From Eledone cirrhosa (lineage: Eukaryota): a DNA stretch of 64,000 nt. The stretch spans positions 18,228,001 through 18,292,000 of the forward strand of contig OZ024762.1 in assembly GCA_964016885.1 (NCBI GenBank). Direction: 5' to 3'. The first letter of the stretch is position 1. Each line of letters opens with the position of its first letter. The notes below the pieces were generated by a model, which saw only the letters and a program-made list of their open reading frames with translations, did not search any database and was not told where the DNA came from. This document shows, piece by piece, positions 37,088 through 51,906 of the stretch. A program made the position numbers and the translations under genes.

Positions 37088-40000
37088 CATTTCATTTCAT
37101 CATCATTGCATTTTACGTCCGCTTTTTCCCTGCTTGCAAGGGTGGGACGGGAACTGATTTTGGCTTGATTTCTACAGCTGGATGCCCTTCCTAACACCAA
37201 CCTCATTTACAGTGAGTGCTGGGTGCTTTTTTGCCGTGGCACCTGCACGACCACTTTGCAGTGGAATGATAGGGACCCCAGTCCCTATCATCTCATTTCT
37301 ACAGCTGAGTAAACTGGAGCAATGTGAAATAAAGTGTCTTGCTCAAGGAAACAACACATCACCCGGTCTGAGAATTGAACTCACAACCTTTCGATTGCAA
37401 GTCCAATGCTCTAACCACTAAGCCATGTGCCTCCATATATATATATCAGTTCCCGTCCCACCCTTGCAAGCAGGGAAAAGTGGACATAAAATGAAATGAT
37501 GATGATGATGATATATATATATATATATCATCATCATCACCATTTTTCAACACTAGCATGGGTTAGATGAGTTGTCCTGTTGTAAGATAGGCCAGGTCAG
37601 GTGACCATGTGTTGCTCATATAGAACTGATTTTGGCTTGGTTTTAACAGCTGGATGCCCTTCCAAACACCAACCACATTTACAGTGAGTACTGGGTGGTT
37701 TTTGTCGTGACATCTACACAACCACTTTACAGAGTGGAATGAGTGCTTTTTGTCATGGCACCTATACGACCACCTTACAAAATATATATACAAGGAAAAG
37801 AAATCGAAAATGCAAATGGACTCTTTTTAAGAATATTTATTTATTTCCTTTACTGGTTTCACAGTTCTTATGCTTTTCAGAAGTAAAATTGAGATGGAGG
37901 GTTTGTGGTTGCATTTTCGATTTTTTTTCCTTATACTTTCACCCGTGTAGGACATCTCATTTTTTTTCTTTTGTTTTTTTTTTATTTAAAAGAAACTCAT
38001 TTTCTTATATATATATATATATATTGCAAACTTGACTGTCACCACACATTATGAACCTGAAGATTGTGAAAGCATGAAAGTACTTGTTCAATTAACACTT
38101 AACATTTAATATTCTACCATACTATTTCATTCTAATACCATTACAAATTTTAAAGGATTGTAAATAAAACGAGTAAATCAGACAAAGTTGGAATTCCTTT
38201 TATTAATATATATATGTATGTATGTAGAAAATATCCATAGGTGTGAAAAAGGAAAACAGTGCTCAATTGCAAAAAGAGCTGATATATTATTTATTTATGT
38301 TCATACATGGAGCAAAGCGCCACCTGAGGTTTCAAGACCCAAACATTGACCATATATCAAGAATGTAAGAAGGATCAAAATTGTGACTTAATAAGCGCCC
38401 AAAGATTAGATTAAAATTTGATCCCACTTACAATCTGGAGTCAATATTGGGCAGTGACACCTTAGGTAGCACTTTGTTCATAGATAAATAATATAATAGA
38501 GAGAGAGAGAGAGAGAGAGAGGTTAACTAGAATAATTAACATTCACAGACTTACACAACTCTACAAACTTTTTCATATCGAATGGAAACCAATTCCTCCA
38601 TGATGTTTTCATCTTCTTCAAATTCACTGAGTGCCTTCTCATATGCACTGACCATGGCATTTGAGGTACCAACCTGAAGAGAGAGAGAGAAGACAGACAT
38701 GTCACTGAAGACTGGGTCTTTGGGATACACACACACACACACAGAAGCAGGCACACAAACACAGACAAAAGTGTTAAAGTGAAATCTTGCTCCCTACCTT
38801 TCTCCAGAGAGACAACAAGACTGAGCTATATTCTTCGTGATACAGGACATCAAAGATACGCCAATCACAGAGACATTTTGATAAACGGTAAGTGTCATCA
38901 AGGCAGACCAACTGGTAGGGGTATTCCTTGGGAGAGGGGAGAAGAAGAAGGTAGAATAAGTGTAATTGTCAACATCAGTATCATATTACAAAAATCATCA
39001 TCATCATCATAATAATCAATACCATATTAAATTCATCATCACCATCATCACTATCATCAATATTATCATCATCATCCAAATGATCAGTATCATCCTCATC
39101 ATCAACATCACTATCATCATCATCACCATCACAACTCATCACTATCATCAACATCACCATCATCACTATCATAACTCATCATCAACATCACCATCATCAC
39201 TATCATCACCATCATAACTCATCATCACTATCATCAACATCACCACCATCATCATCATCACCACCATAACTCATCATCACTATCATCATCATCCTCAACA
39301 TCATCACTATCATCATCATCATCACCATCAGTAATTTTTCTAGGTTGTCTCCGTTGATATTTTTAAAAAACCAGAGAAAAATCTAAAAAATTAATAAGTG
39401 TTGTGGAAAGATTATTCGAGACCCGAGTGTATACACACACACACATACACATATATACACACACACATACATATATATACAGGGTGGGCCACCCTTATAT
39501 ATATCTCATCACCATCATTTAACGTCCATCTTCCACGCTAGTATGGGTTGGACGGTTTTGTCCCAGTTGAGGCGATATTGGTCGGGAGACCGTGTCTCGC
39601 TCGTACAGAACTGTTTCTGGCAGGTTTTCTACGGCTGGGTGCCCTTCCTAACGCCAACCACATTTACAGTGTGGACAGAAATGGGAGGATGGCGTAGGGG
39701 GTGTAGAATGGGATGCATATTGGGTTTAGAGGTGCCTACAGACTGTAGGTTTAACCCTTTAATGTTCAAACCGGCTAGAATTCTCTACCTTTTTCTGTTG
39801 AAACTGACTGTAACTGGCCACTCAAACTGATGTTAAGGTATTGTTCTCAAAATAAATACTTTCAAAATCTCAGATTCGATATTATGTGAGATAATTATGC
39901 GAGGTAAAGCCTTCACCATGAAAATACAATAGTATATATAGAGTAATGTGAATGTTATGTGAGATATTATGTGAGGTAAAGCCTTTACCATGAAAATATA

Positions 40001-43000
40001 ATAGTATAATATATAGAGTAATGTGAATGTTATGTGAGATATTATGTGAGGTAAAGCCTTTACCATGAAAATATAATAGTTTATATAGAGTAATGTGAAT
40101 GTTATGTGAGATATTATGTAAGGTAAAGCCTTCACCATGAAAATATAATAGTATATATAGTGTAATGTGAATGTTATGTGAGATATTATGTAAGGTAAAG
40201 CCTTCACCATGAAAATATAATAGTATATATAGTGTAATGTGAATGTTATGTGAGATATTATGTGAGGTAAAGCCTTCACCATGAAAATATAATAGCATAT
40301 ATAGAGTAATATGAATGTTATGTGAGATATTATGTGAGGTAAAGCCTTCACCATGAAAATACAATAGTATATATAGAGTAATGTAAATGCTATGTGAGAT
40401 ATTATGTGAGGTAAAGCCTTCACCATGAAAATATAATAGTATATATAGAGTAATGTGAATGCTAAAGGGTTAAGTTTGAATGCAAGGGAAGGCGGGTCTT
40501 CTGTATAGATATATACATATACATACACAAGCAGGGAAACTCAAAGGGGGGAGGGGGTGATTATTTGGGACCCGAGAGTAAATAAAGAAGATATATTGAA
40601 ATGAGCTGCCCTTACTTCTATCATGCGGTCTGTATTAGCTGTACTTTGGAAAAAATCAGCAAGTTTCTTGTGCCACCAATAATAAGACTGACCCTTATCA
40701 TATTCACTTTCTTCTGGCTCGAAATAGCTGAAAATAAACAAATGAAACAATCATCATCATGATCATCAATAACAAGACAGCTTCCCGCTCATCATCATCA
40801 ACACTCCCCCATCCACCCTCAGCCTGACACTGATGGTGATGGTGGTGGTGATAGGTGGTGATGAGGGTGGTGGTGATAGTGATGATGATGGTGATAGTGA
40901 CGATGGTGATGATGAGGGTGGTGATAGAGATGATGAGGGTGGTGGTGATAGTGATGATGATGATAGAGATGATGATGATGGTGATAGTGATGCTGATGAT
41001 GATGGTGATAATTGTTTCTATTTTAGGCACAAGGCCAACAATTTCAGGAGAGAGGGGAAAGTCGATTAAATCAACCCCCCAGTACATTACTGGTACTTTA
41101 TTTATCGACCCTGTAAGGATGGAAGGCAAAGCTAACCTCGGCGGGATTTGAACTCAGAACGCAAAGGGCCGTAACTCTATGCAGCCAAGCATGTTATCCG
41201 ACGCTCTACCTCTACCTCCAATCCACCACCCTTGATGGTGATAATAATAATTGTTTCTACTTTAGGCACAAGGCCAGCAATTATCCCAGTGTATTACTGG
41301 TACTTTATTTTATCGACCCCCGTAAGGATGAAAGGCAAAGTTAACCTCGGCGGGATTTGAACTCAGACTGTAAAGGGACGTAACTATGCTAGAAAGCATG
41401 GCGTCCAACCCTCTACCAATACCACCCTTGATGGTGATAATAATAATGATTTCTTTATTAACCACAAGGGTTTATATAAAGTAGACATTAAGGACAGTGC
41501 AGGACAATACAGGACGGTACAAATGGGCATTTCTGCGTGTAAAAAACAAAAACAGAGGATGTAACAAAAATAACAATGAAAAATTCCCCAATAGGGGGGA
41601 GACTTCGGAGGGACATTTGTGGAGAAAGCCCAGTAAAAGGCCACAATGACCCTGACCACCAAGGCAAGTGCCCTCTCCCAGTTTTCCACCTTTAATTTAC
41701 AGATATATACTCAGAGTAGGCCCATTCACGCTTCTCTCACCCATCTTTCAACAATAATGATGATGATGATGATTATACTTACATTTTCCTTACAGCTTTG
41801 CTCACTGCCCGATGGTAGAAGTCAATCCTTCCTTCCTTGCTGTCTCCATACGGTCGTAGAAACGGTTTTAAGGTTGAGTAAACCTCCTGCCACTTTTCTT
41901 CTGGTAAGCTCTGGCACAGCTTGCTGCTTTCCTTCTCCGAACTTTCTTTTTCTTCTGCACATGCATAATAGAAATATACATATAATATATATATGATAAT
42001 AATGGAGCTGCGGCGCTGCAAATGGGTTACATATGAAAAAGTTTGTCCTCATCAGTGGCCTTCCAACCGTCGTAGGCATTTCGTCGCATTAAAGGCCATA
42101 TACCTCAGGTTGGTGCGAGCAACGGCTAAAAAAAGTCGTTGGGACACGTAAATAAGGGGGACGCTAGGGTAAACAAACAAAATGGTTTAAGCAACAGAAA
42201 GTGATGAAGAAGGAAACAAGTCCCAGATTTCTATGAATATAAATTCAGTGGAATCGTGAACAGCGTCCCCCTTATTTACGTGTCCCAACGACCTTTTTTA
42301 GCCGTTGCTCGCACCAACCTGAGGTATATGGCCTTTAATGCGACGAAATGCCTACGACGGTTGGAAGGCCACTGATGAAGGACAAACTTTTTCATATATA
42401 ATATATATATATATATATATACACATACATACACCTATGTATATATATATATATGCGTGTATAAATATATATATCTTCCTAACACCAACCTCATTTACAG
42501 TGAGTGCTGGGTGCTTTTTTTCTGTGGCACCTCCACGACCACTTTGCAGTGGAATGATAGGGACCCCAGTCCCTATCATCTCATTTCTACAGCTGAGTAA
42601 ACTGGAGCAATGTGAAATAAAGTGTCTTGCTCAAGGTAACAACACATCACCCGGTCTGAGAATTGAACTCACAACCTTTCGATTGCAAGGCCAATGCTCT
42701 AACCACTAAGCCATGTGTCTCCATAATATATATATATGAAGTGAGAAAGTAACAAAGAGAGAGATAGAAAAAGAAAGTGACAGAGAGAGAGAGAGAGAGA
42801 GTGAGGAGGAAGTGAGAAAGAAAAAAAAATACAAAAATGAATCTGACCTTTTTCGTCAAAAGGTGATGGAGGCATGAGGGTTGCTTCGTTCCCCAATATC
42901 TGACGTAATTCAGACTCTAAGAGCCCAACAGAAGATGCTTCTAGAAGACAAAGTGTTGCAGTAATGAAGTTGCCCTGTGGTGTATTTTCTAACCTGGACA

Positions 43001-43034
43001 GTACTTCAGCCAACAGACTGGAATAGAAGGTTAA

Positions 43035-43091
<57 letters not shown>

Positions 43092-43778
43092 CATGCATGC
43101 ATGTATGTATATATATATGTGTACGTGTGTATATGCATGTATGTATATATGTGTGTGTATGTGAATGTGTCTATTGACACCTGAAATATAGCTTAAGAGA
43201 AACATGACAATAATGATAGGCACCCAATATTTGAACTGGTTTATAGAATTCTCTTGGCTTTTGTCCCTCTAAGTAGAGCTTTAAAGAATTAGCTTTTAAA
43301 GAATTTTCCCTTTTCTTTAAATCCATCAACCATCACTGACCCCCAACCATCTTATAGACACCTGAAATATAGGCATTGTTAGTTTAAGAGAAACTTAAAA
43401 ATAAGGAGTGGCACCCCAATTTGAACTTGCTTATAGAATTCTTTCTGCCTATGTCACTCTAAATATAAATGATAGCCTTAAATAATTAGCTTTTAATGAA
43501 TTCCCTTTTCTTTCGACCAATGACCTCCACCCATCCCACTCCCCACCCTCTCCTACAACCTGAAATGATATAAATACCACAACATTTATTTTGGTCAGCC
43601 AGATTCCTGATGATTTCTAAAGAATGAAACAGTTCTAGTCCTGTAGAATCTCATCTATATTAAAACTTTTATACACTGCTATGTAATGAGTTCCTTACTT
43701 ACTGTGGTTACCTCCGATTCAACCCGGAATAACTTACCTATATATATATATATATATATATGTGTATATGCATGCATG

Positions 43779-43809
<31 letters not shown>

Positions 43810-45591
43810 ATATGCATGCATGTATATATATATATATATATATATGTGTATATGCATGCATGTATATATATATATAGGAAAATGTGTGAAATCCTTAAAA
43901 AAAGGAAAAGAATGACTTCACATGTACTTCTACTTGTCAAACTGGATCTCAGTTTGACAATCACCACCAACGAATGCGAGAAAGTTCTCCAGAAATATTA
44001 AATTAACCAGGAATCTTTAAAAATCTTCCCACCGAAGTTAACAAAGAACTTACTAGATCTACCAAATCATATTATAAAATTAACTCAAATTGTTTAGAAG
44101 TACAAGTGAAGTCATTCTTTTCCCTTTTTAAAATATATATACATACACATATAATATAACTTAGAGTTTACACTCAATAGGGTCATTTACAATTATTTTA
44201 GCTCTAAGAATCACTTCTGAGCAGTATAAATTAATATATGATAAACATTTACATGTTTTTGTTGCAATTGACAATAAAATAGCTAGAATGAAATATCTTA
44301 ATTCAAATACATATAGTCTGCCTGAGTCGATCTAAAAAATAATAAATCAATACTCACAAACACATTATTTTTTAGATCGACACAGGCAGACTATATGTAT
44401 TTGAATTAAGATATTTCATTCTAGCTATATATACACATATATAGGTTGTAAAATGTGTCACTTGAAGAAGGAGCTGGAAAGTTTGTGTGTGGGAGATGGG
44501 GAGGAAGAGGTGAAGGCTATAAAGTATGTGACTTACTTGAGCAAACCATTTGGGAGATCGTTAATCTTTTGATTAATGTCTTCTTTATGTACATGTTTCA
44601 ACTCCTCGCAGGCCACAGCAAGCCAGAGAGGGTTTTCGGACGATTCCTTGGTCATCAGGTCATTTAGCTGGTCATCAGATAAACTAATTTCCTTCCCTAC
44701 GTCGGACTGTAACAAATCCCGAGCCATATCCTGTGGTGGTATAGAAGAGTATATATATATATCATCATCATCATACGTCCACTTTTCCCTGCTTGCAAGG
44801 GTGGGACGGGTCTTATTCAGCACAGCATCTCTCCACTCGTCACGGTCCCTCGTCATCTCCACCGTGAGCTTCAATGATCTGAGGTCTGTTCTCACCACCT
44901 CCGCCATGTTTTTCGTGGTCTACCTCTACCACGTCTTTCTTGGTCTACCTCTACCACGTCTTCCTTCAACTGGCAATTCCTGGCACTTCTTCACCCATCG
45001 GTCATCCTCCATGCACATCACATGTCCATACCACCTCAGTCTCCTCTCCCGTACACTACATTCTATCCCTCTCAGACACAGTTTCTCTCTCAACACATCA
45101 CATGTCCATACCACCTCAGTCTCCTCTCCCGTACACTACATTCTCTTCCTCTCAGACACAGTTTCTCTCTCAACACATCACATGTCCATACCACCTCAGT
45201 CTCCTCTCTCGCACACTACATTCTCTTCCTCTCAGACACAGTTTCTCTCTCAACACATCACATGTCCATACCACCTCAGTCTCCTCTCCCGTACACTACA
45301 TTCTCTTCCTCTCAGACACAGTTTCTCTCTCAACACATCACATGTCCATACCACCCCAGTCTCCTCTCCCGTACACTACATTCTCTTCCTCTCAGACACA
45401 GTTTCTCTCTCAACACATCACATGTCCATGCCACCTCAGTCTCCTCTCTCGCACACTACATTCTCTTCCTCTCAGACACAGTTTCTCTCTCAACACATCA
45501 CATGTCCATACCACCCCAGTCTCCTCTCCCGTACACTACATTCTATCCCTCTCAGACACAGTTTCTCTCTCAACACATTTATGCTGGGTCG

Positions 45592-45634
<43 letters not shown>

Positions 45635-48302
45635 GGTGTTGGATGCTGCTTAAAGCGTCCATTTGTGGTAGGCCGTTTGAGCACTCGATGCTCTCACAGA
45701 GCAGAGTATGATATCACAGAAAACAAAAGAATCAGTGTTGCACCGAATGGAATTTATTGGACATATTACAATCGTTTCTCTGGCAACCAGCTCAAGGCAC
45801 GATCGATGTGGTGATCGAACCTGACTCTGAAAATCGCAAGGTCCTCAGATACGTAGAATCAAGGCCGTATCCGAGGACCTTGTAGTAGTAGTAGTAGTAG
45901 TAGTAGTATTGGTAGTGGTGGTGGTGGTGGTAGTAGTAGTAGTGGTGGTGGTGGTGGTGGTAGTAGTAGTAACGGCAGTAGTAATAGTAGTAGTAGTGGT
46001 GATGGTGGTAGTAGTAGTAGTAATGGCAGTAGTAATAGTAATAGTAGTAATAGTAGCAGTAGTAGTGGTGATGATGGTGGTAGTAGTAGTAGTAGTAGTA
46101 ATGGCAGTAGTAGTAGTAGTAGTAATAGTAATGACGATACCTTACGTGATTCCACATCCAGTGGAGATATTTCTACCTCAATCGGCTTCGTCTCACGGCT
46201 GACCAATGTCAAATGTTGCTGAGATTTGCCGATGGATGAGAAAATTATTCGAACTTGTGGTGCTAGTTTCCGTGGCAACCAACTCAGCACCCGAGCAGCC
46301 TGGTCATCAACAAACTGCAATGAGAAACATTGATAAATATATAAATAAATAAATATATATATATATGTAATAGTAATATACGTGAACGGCAAAGCATAAA
46401 CGAACTAAGGAAAAAATTAGAAATAAGAGGGATCAGATGTTGTTTACTCGAGAGAAGGCTACGTTGGTATGGACACGTGATGCGCATGAAAGTCGATAGC
46501 TGTATAACAAAGTGCAGGGCAATAAAGATAGACGGTAGCCACGGAATAGGCAGACCTAGAAAATCCTGGGACGAGCTGATAAACTCCGACCTCACACACT
46601 TACACCTCACCAAGACAATGTCACTGGACCGAGACCTTTGGCGGTACGCAGTGATAGAGAAGACCCGCCTTACCTAAATACATAGTAAAACCTACTACAG
46701 CCAGTAGGCATCTCTAACAAAATACACCCCCGTCCCACCACCCACACCCCATCCACACCAACCCCTCCTATGTAAAGTTATGTTGGTGCCACAACATCCA
46801 GGCCGAAACAAATGAGATCGTGTAGGTGTCACGACAAAAAAACACACAGTCCACGCTGTAATGTGGCCGTGTAGGCAACACGGTAAAAACCTCCCAGTCC
46901 CACACTGTAAATGTGGTTGGTGTTAGGAAGGGCATCCAGCTGTAGAAAACCTGCCAGACAGTCCTATGCGAGCAAGACAATCACTCTTGCCTCAAGTGGG
47001 AATACCCCCGTCCAAACCCATGCAAGCGTGGAACACGGACGTTAAACGTTGATGATGATGATGATGATGATATATTGTTATACTTTGGGAGGGTCATGTT
47101 GCCAATAAGAAACACACGCACCAGTTGCTTTCACTTCAATTTATTATAATAAATTTATAAATTTAGGAATTTATAAATTTCCGGTTGGTTGGTTGGTTCC
47201 ACAACCAAGATGGCCGTTCATATATTGTCAAAGCTCCCTCGTCACAATGTAAATGCTAAAGGGTTAACCAAACTATATTTTGTGTAAATGTCATTTTGTA
47301 AAAAGGTGGAGCAATTTTGTTTAAAATGTTGAGTTGTTTATTATAGTTACCTGGTTGAGGGCATCAACAAACATTATGAGAGGACGTGTGTTTGGGTTAG
47401 ACAACATACTACAGCACATCTGGGCCGTGGCGTCGAGATCTTTAGGTGGCATGTTGGAGTCCTGGAGAAAGGTAGAACAGGTGAGATGACAGTCCAATGA
47501 TGTGACAGGTGAGATGAGAGAACAATGATGTGACAGGTGAGATGAGAGGCGAGACAAGATGAGAGAACAATGACGTGACAGGTGAGATGAGAGACCAATG
47601 ATGAGACAGGTGAGATGAGAGACAGATGACGAGACAGGTGGGATGAGAGACAGATGACGAGATAGGTGAGATGAGGGACCAATGATGAGAGACCAATGAT
47701 GAGACAGGTGAGATGAAAGACAGATGATGAGACAGGTGAGATGAGAGACCAAAGGGGAGATAAGTGAAATGACAAACAAGACGGGTGAGATGACAAATTG
47801 ACTGTGGAAAAGACCCATCCAACCCATACGAGCATGCAAAAAGGTTAATGATGATGACGACAATGATGAATAAAAAAAGGAAGAAAAAGGTTGGTAACTT
47901 ACATTAATCCTGTCCATTTCTCGAAGTAGTCTTTTGAGCATGACCTCAACAGTTGTAGAACCTGGTACTGCTCCAACAAAATGGTAAAATACATGCCAAG
48001 CCTTTCCACTGGCACTGGTGAAGAGGAGAGGTGAAGAGGAGAGGAGAGGTGAAGAGGAGAGGTGAAGAGTTAAACAAAAAAACAATGTCAATAAATACAT
48101 GAATTAACCCTTGTTATAGCAACCTGCCCTAAAACCACCCCTATTTTATGACACCTATGAAATCACTTTTCAAGTGCTCATATACCATCATCATCATTAC
48201 TGTTTAATGTCCATTTTTCCATGGTTAGCATGGGTTAGACAAGTTGTCCCATTTTGAGACAATCCAGATCGGATGACCGTGTCATGCTTATAAAGAACTG
48301 AT

Positions 48303-48333
<31 letters not shown>

Positions 48334-48778
48334 GGAACCAGTAAGACCCCGACAGCTGAGCTCAAGCCGTTTCGACGGCTAGGGGTCTTACTGGTTCCTA
48401 TTACCCACTCTACTACCTCAAGTATTGAGTACTTTGGTGCGTTATGGTCCACCTGGTTCCTTACCACATTTCCTTCGTTATATATATATATATATATAGG
48501 AAAAGAGTCAGGACCCCGACGGTTGAGCTCCAGCCATTTCGACAGCTAGATCTGATCTAACTAGTTCAGATCTAGCTGTCAAAACAGCCGGAGCTCAGCC
48601 ATCGCAGTCCTGACTCTTTTCCTATTACCTATAGAATTTACATGCATTAAATAATATCTACACTCTACTTTCTTTAATGTATTGAGTACTAAGTTTAATA
48701 ACACTAATTTTTAATTAACAACTTAACTAATTTATAAACTTCTTTTTTTAACAAATATATATATATGGACATGCACAG

Positions 48779-48819
<41 letters not shown>

Positions 48820-49165
48820 AGGGTCGGCTGAAAAGTTCATAGGCTGACTATGAAGGAGTGATGTTAGAGCTGTGAAATCTTGCAAGCATTAATTTCAACT
48901 CTTCTTATTAATAACTGCAGTGTTTCTTTGAGACTATGTTGAAATATAAACTTCATTTGGTAATTCCAGGAGAGTATCTTGGTCAGCCTATGAACCAACC
49001 CTTGTATAAATATATATATATCATCATTATCATCACCATTTAATGTCAATTTTTCCATGCTTGCATGGGTTAGACAGGTCACATCATGAGATAAGTCTGG
49101 TCAGTTGGCTGTGCTGTATATTGCTCAGATGGAACTGTAATTTGGCTGGGATTTTTACAGTTGGA

Positions 49166-49207
<42 letters not shown>

Positions 49208-51874
49208 AGGGTAGCTTTAAAGTTCATTAGCTGACTATGAAGGAGTGGAGTGATGCAAGTGTTGTGAAATCTTGCATGTATAAATTTCAACTCTTCCTAT
49301 TAATAAATGCATTGTTTCTTTTCAGGGACTATGTTGAAAAATAAACCTCATTTGGATATTCCATGAGAGTATCTTGATCAGCCTATGACTTTCTCAGCCG
49401 ACTCTCATATCTATGTGAAAGGTATTGGAGAGAGATGCTTACCTTTTTAAATCCTCACTAGCCTTTTTAGAAATAAGAGCAGCAGCCTTACAGAGAACTG
49501 AAGACTTGCCTGAACCAGCACCACCCACCAATATAAGAGGTACGTCTCTCTTCTCCTGGATTATATATTCTTCAATCTGGTCAGGTAACACAAAAAAGAA
49601 AAGAAAAAAAAAAGCAGACATATGATTATCATTATCATCATCATCATCATCCAAGTAGAGTCGCTATTTCTCCGAATTGAGAAATCACAGCTCTGATACT
49701 ATGGGCATGAATCAGGAAAGAATCACTGGACAGATTTTACAGTGTGGACTGGGTGCCTTTTGTCATGACACCTATAACATGCTCAATGAATCAATTCAGA
49801 GTAGATACATAGGTTAAATTGTTGTAAGGCAACAACACTTGCAGTGAAGCAGAGGAAATGAAATGATTCAACAGTTTAACATATGAAAACGATATATACT
49901 TTATATATATATACATACATATGGTGGCTGCCAACTCGTTTTCGAGTACGGCCACTACTTTATATCCATGTAGGAGAACCCCTACCGATGCGCTGAACGA
50001 GTGTGACTTTTTAGTCCAGCCAGCGACTTGAAAACTCTGGTACAAACACCACACTTGTGACAATTATTGACACATAGTGCTGGGCCCATGGTACCATGTG
50101 ACGACAAGTGCAGAGAGATCTCCAGATATAAAGCAATGCCTGTGACGTGAAGCTTTTATAGCGAGCAAAGGCACTGCACAAAGCCAGTCCCACTCTCTTA
50201 ACCAAGATGATATTTACCAAAAAGAAGAACAAGTCAACATCATTGGATACCATCAAGGTTGCAGGTGTTATAGCTAGAGTTTTCCTTCTCCTAGAATTCT
50301 GCCTAGACAAAGGCTAAGGGGTCATCTCTGCCGGTGATTTTGGATGGCCATTGACTCTTAAGAGCAAGCCACTTTATTTCACATTGCTCCAGTCTACTCA
50401 GGTGGCCAAAATGAGTTGTACAGGTAACATGAAGGGTCAGCTTTTTCACATTCTGTGTCACGCTGAATCTACCCGAGAACTACGTTAACCCTTTAGCATT
50501 TAAACCAACCGTATCCAGCCAAAATTTTCTCACCTCTTTCTGTTCAAACCGGCTGTAACCAGCCACTCATACTCATGTTAAGGTATTGTTCTCAAAATAA
50601 ATATCAAAATCCCATAGATTCGATATTATATGAGATAAAACTTTTTCCGTGAAAACAATAGGATATATAGAGTAATGCAAATGCTAAATGGTCACGGGTA
50701 CGCATGTTTGTGGACTGCTCAGCCACTTGCACGTTATGAGCAGGTTGTTCCGTTGATCTTCTTGACTGGAACACTCATTGTCATAATCTACGGAGTGCTA
50801 GTTGTAGGTATGTATGTTATATGTATGATTTCTCTCATTCTCATTAGTTATTCCTCTCTCTCTTTGTCTTACCTGATTAATTATATTCTCGCGGCCCATT
50901 ACCCGTTCGCTCTTCTTTAGCATGAAACTCTCATGAAGCTGGCGTGCCATATGATCGTAGTACATACCCCGGTGACAAGGGTGGCCAAGGTAGTCGTGGA
51001 GAATTCTCATCTTCACAAACTCGCAAATCTGAAAGACCATGATTACATTTATAACAGAGATAAATAACAAAACAATGCTGTCTCTGATCGAGACGAAGCG
51101 AGAGTGCACTTGAATACATATAAAAATGAGAAAACCCATCACTAGAACAAGGGGATCAAGAAAATGATTTTTTTTTATGTGCATAATCATCATCATTTCA
51201 TCATCATTTCATTTTACGTCCACTTTTCCCTGCTTGCAAGGGTGGGACGGGAACTGATTCTGGCTTGATTTCTACAGCTGGATGCCCTTCCTAACACCAA
51301 CCTCATTTACAGTGAGTGCTGGGTGCTTTTTTGCCGTGGCACCTCCACGACCATTTTGCAGTGGAATGATAGGGACCCCAGTTCCTATCATCTCATTTCT
51401 ACAGCTGAGTAAACTGGAGCAATGTGAAATAAAGTGTCTTGCTCAAGGAAACAACACATCACCTGGTCTGAGAATTGAACTCACAACCTTTCGATTGCAA
51501 GGCCAATGCTCTAACCACTAAGCCATATGCCTTGAAATTTCGGGAAAATCGGCTAGACGTAACGCCTCAAAAAAGCCCTAAAAAGCTGTAAAAATGCAGC
51601 TTTTCACCTAATGCGGGCCCTAGGGGATAAAAAAAGTTGAATTTTTTAATGTGCATAACACTCCCTGAAACATAAGTAATACACATGTAAAGTTTGAAAA
51701 AAAAAATCGGTTGGGTACTTCTCGAGTTTTAGGGATTCAAACTCACAGACACACACACACAGACAGACATCCTCAGTTTTATGTATATAGATAACAGAGA
51801 TGGTGGCAATGGTGGTGATGGAAAGAATTTAAGAAACATAGAAGATATAATGTAACGTGTAAGACCATCATCAT

Positions 51875-51906
<32 letters not shown>

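Noticed and set aside
37330-37430. tRNA gene-like A/B boxes (also 14555-14620, 42640-42715, 51450-51530)
   Set aside because: These are SINE heads running directly into SINE bodies; there is no complete cloverleaf or poly-T terminator.
44576-45814. 412-aa plus-strand ORF
   Set aside because: Antisense read-through of a host exon and a tandemly amplified LINE fragment.
49930-50340. Possible LINE 5'-UTR fragment (ctaggagaaggaaaactct on the minus strand)
   Set aside because: Resemblance from memory only; no ORF, TSD or second copy in the window.
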